Below are positions 63,598-64,000 of a stretch of DNA of 64,000 bases, in pieces. Position 1 is the stretch's first letter. Every line of letters begins with the position of its first letter. The translations under genes and the position numbers were made by a program. Below the pieces are notes generated by a model. The model did no database searches. It was not told where the DNA came from and saw only the letters and a program-made list of their open reading frames with translations. This DNA is from a virus: the IMG/VR virus record IMGVR_UViG_3300014208_000028, positions 93,123 through 157,122 of that record; one strand, given 5' to 3'.

Positions 63598-63780
63598 TCA
63601 GCCCTTCCCTTTTTCAAACTCGTACATCCCTGTAAATATCCCCATCGGGCCGGAATATTCGATGGGATTACTTTTTTCGATACGCGGGCACTCAAGCCAC
63701 TCTTCTTCATACGGACATGGCTTTCCGTCCTTTTTACAACACTCCGTATCCTTTCTGAAGTCGCCACAGTAGTTTCTCAT
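63598..63780 (-). CDS. Small Cys-rich protein, GC-richer
   Basis: AAGGAGG RBS; terminator hairpin at its 3' end. Confidence 0.55.
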   Translation of the reverse strand: MRNYCGDFRKDTECCKKDGKPCPYEEEWLECPRIEKSNPIEYSGPMGIFTGMYEFEKGKG

Positions 63781-64000
63781 ATTACCTCCTTATGGGTCTA
63801 ACTCCACGGGGCCGGTGAAGGAAAAGAGTTGTCCAATAATATACTTTACCTGCCAGTCCATAGATCAGTAGGGAGTATACCATGAGACATGAGGTAGTGA
63901 TGATGAACAACTTCAAAAACTCTAAGTTCATCTTAGCTCCTTTTTGAGGGCTGGACAGTTTTTAGGTCGTTGTTTTTTGGGAGGACAATACCCACGAAGT

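Noticed and set aside
307-63767. Many ORF-track entries antisense to or overlapping longer genes (e.g. 307..489, 668..877, 2781..3059, 4079..4348, 7868..8050, 12101..12316, 13161..13412, 16341..16583, 16908..17102, 21341..21598, 22127..22345, 22828..23196, 25376..25735, 25546..25845, 27794..27976, 31566..32000, 32082..32351, 32718..33017, 35725..35928, 40413..40637, 43496..43696, 45127..45495, 48152..48340, 50211..50459, 54162..54344, 56035..56286, 57569..57895, 58283..58522, 62784..63038, 63534..63767)
   Set aside because: Shadow ORFs: no convincing RBS, Phe/Leu/Ser/Ile-rich composition typical of the reverse complement of Lys/Glu-rich genes, and overlap with better-supported genes.
1-64000. 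Stop-codon reassignment, suggested by abundant TAG/CTA trinucleotides
   Set aside because: Very long ORFs (2794, 1031, 972 aa) are open under the standard code, coding density is high, and TAG ends several genes cleanly (8984, 7409, 35410).
1-64000. Prophage or integrative element
   Set aside because: No integrase, att-like repeats or host-gene boundary in this window; lifestyle cannot be settled from a partial genome.

Overview
This is a 64-kb, AT-rich (roughly 30% GC by eye) segment of a large myovirus-type (contractile-tail) bacteriophage genome. The minus strand carries most of the morphogenesis region: prohead protease, repetitive scaffold/core proteins, decoration protein, HK97-type major capsid protein, neck proteins, tail sheath and tube, a tail assembly chaperone with a -1 frameshift that the ORF track missed, and a fibre-like protein. 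It also carries a single 2794-aa fused beta-beta' multisubunit RNA polymerase interrupted by two inteins. One intein sits immediately after the catalytic DYDGD motif and appears to end in Gln-Asp. Plus-strand islands encode a DUF1257/DUF2997/Ycf46-like AAA trio (intein in Walker A), a class II ribonucleotide reductase, a DUF932-like protein and small hypotheticals. The most striking unannotated signal is an 11-residue leader, M-x-R-x-x-Q-[IL]-x-K-L-[AS], at or near the start of about 19 otherwise mostly unrelated late-strand proteins. It ends in a K-x-A motif that also recurs in the scaffold, capsid and protease. This suggests a capsid-targeting and cleavage system that packages a cargo set including two ADP-ribosyltransferase-like paralogues and basic Gly-rich membrane-type peptides. 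Also seen: a dispersed quasi-palindromic GC-GG-GC DNA motif (34 copies counted by eye), three promoter/terminator-bounded structured RNA candidates, and a shared terminator tail. No CRISPR array, tRNA, integrase, terminase, portal or tape measure could be supported. All family assignments are from motif recognition; no searches were run.
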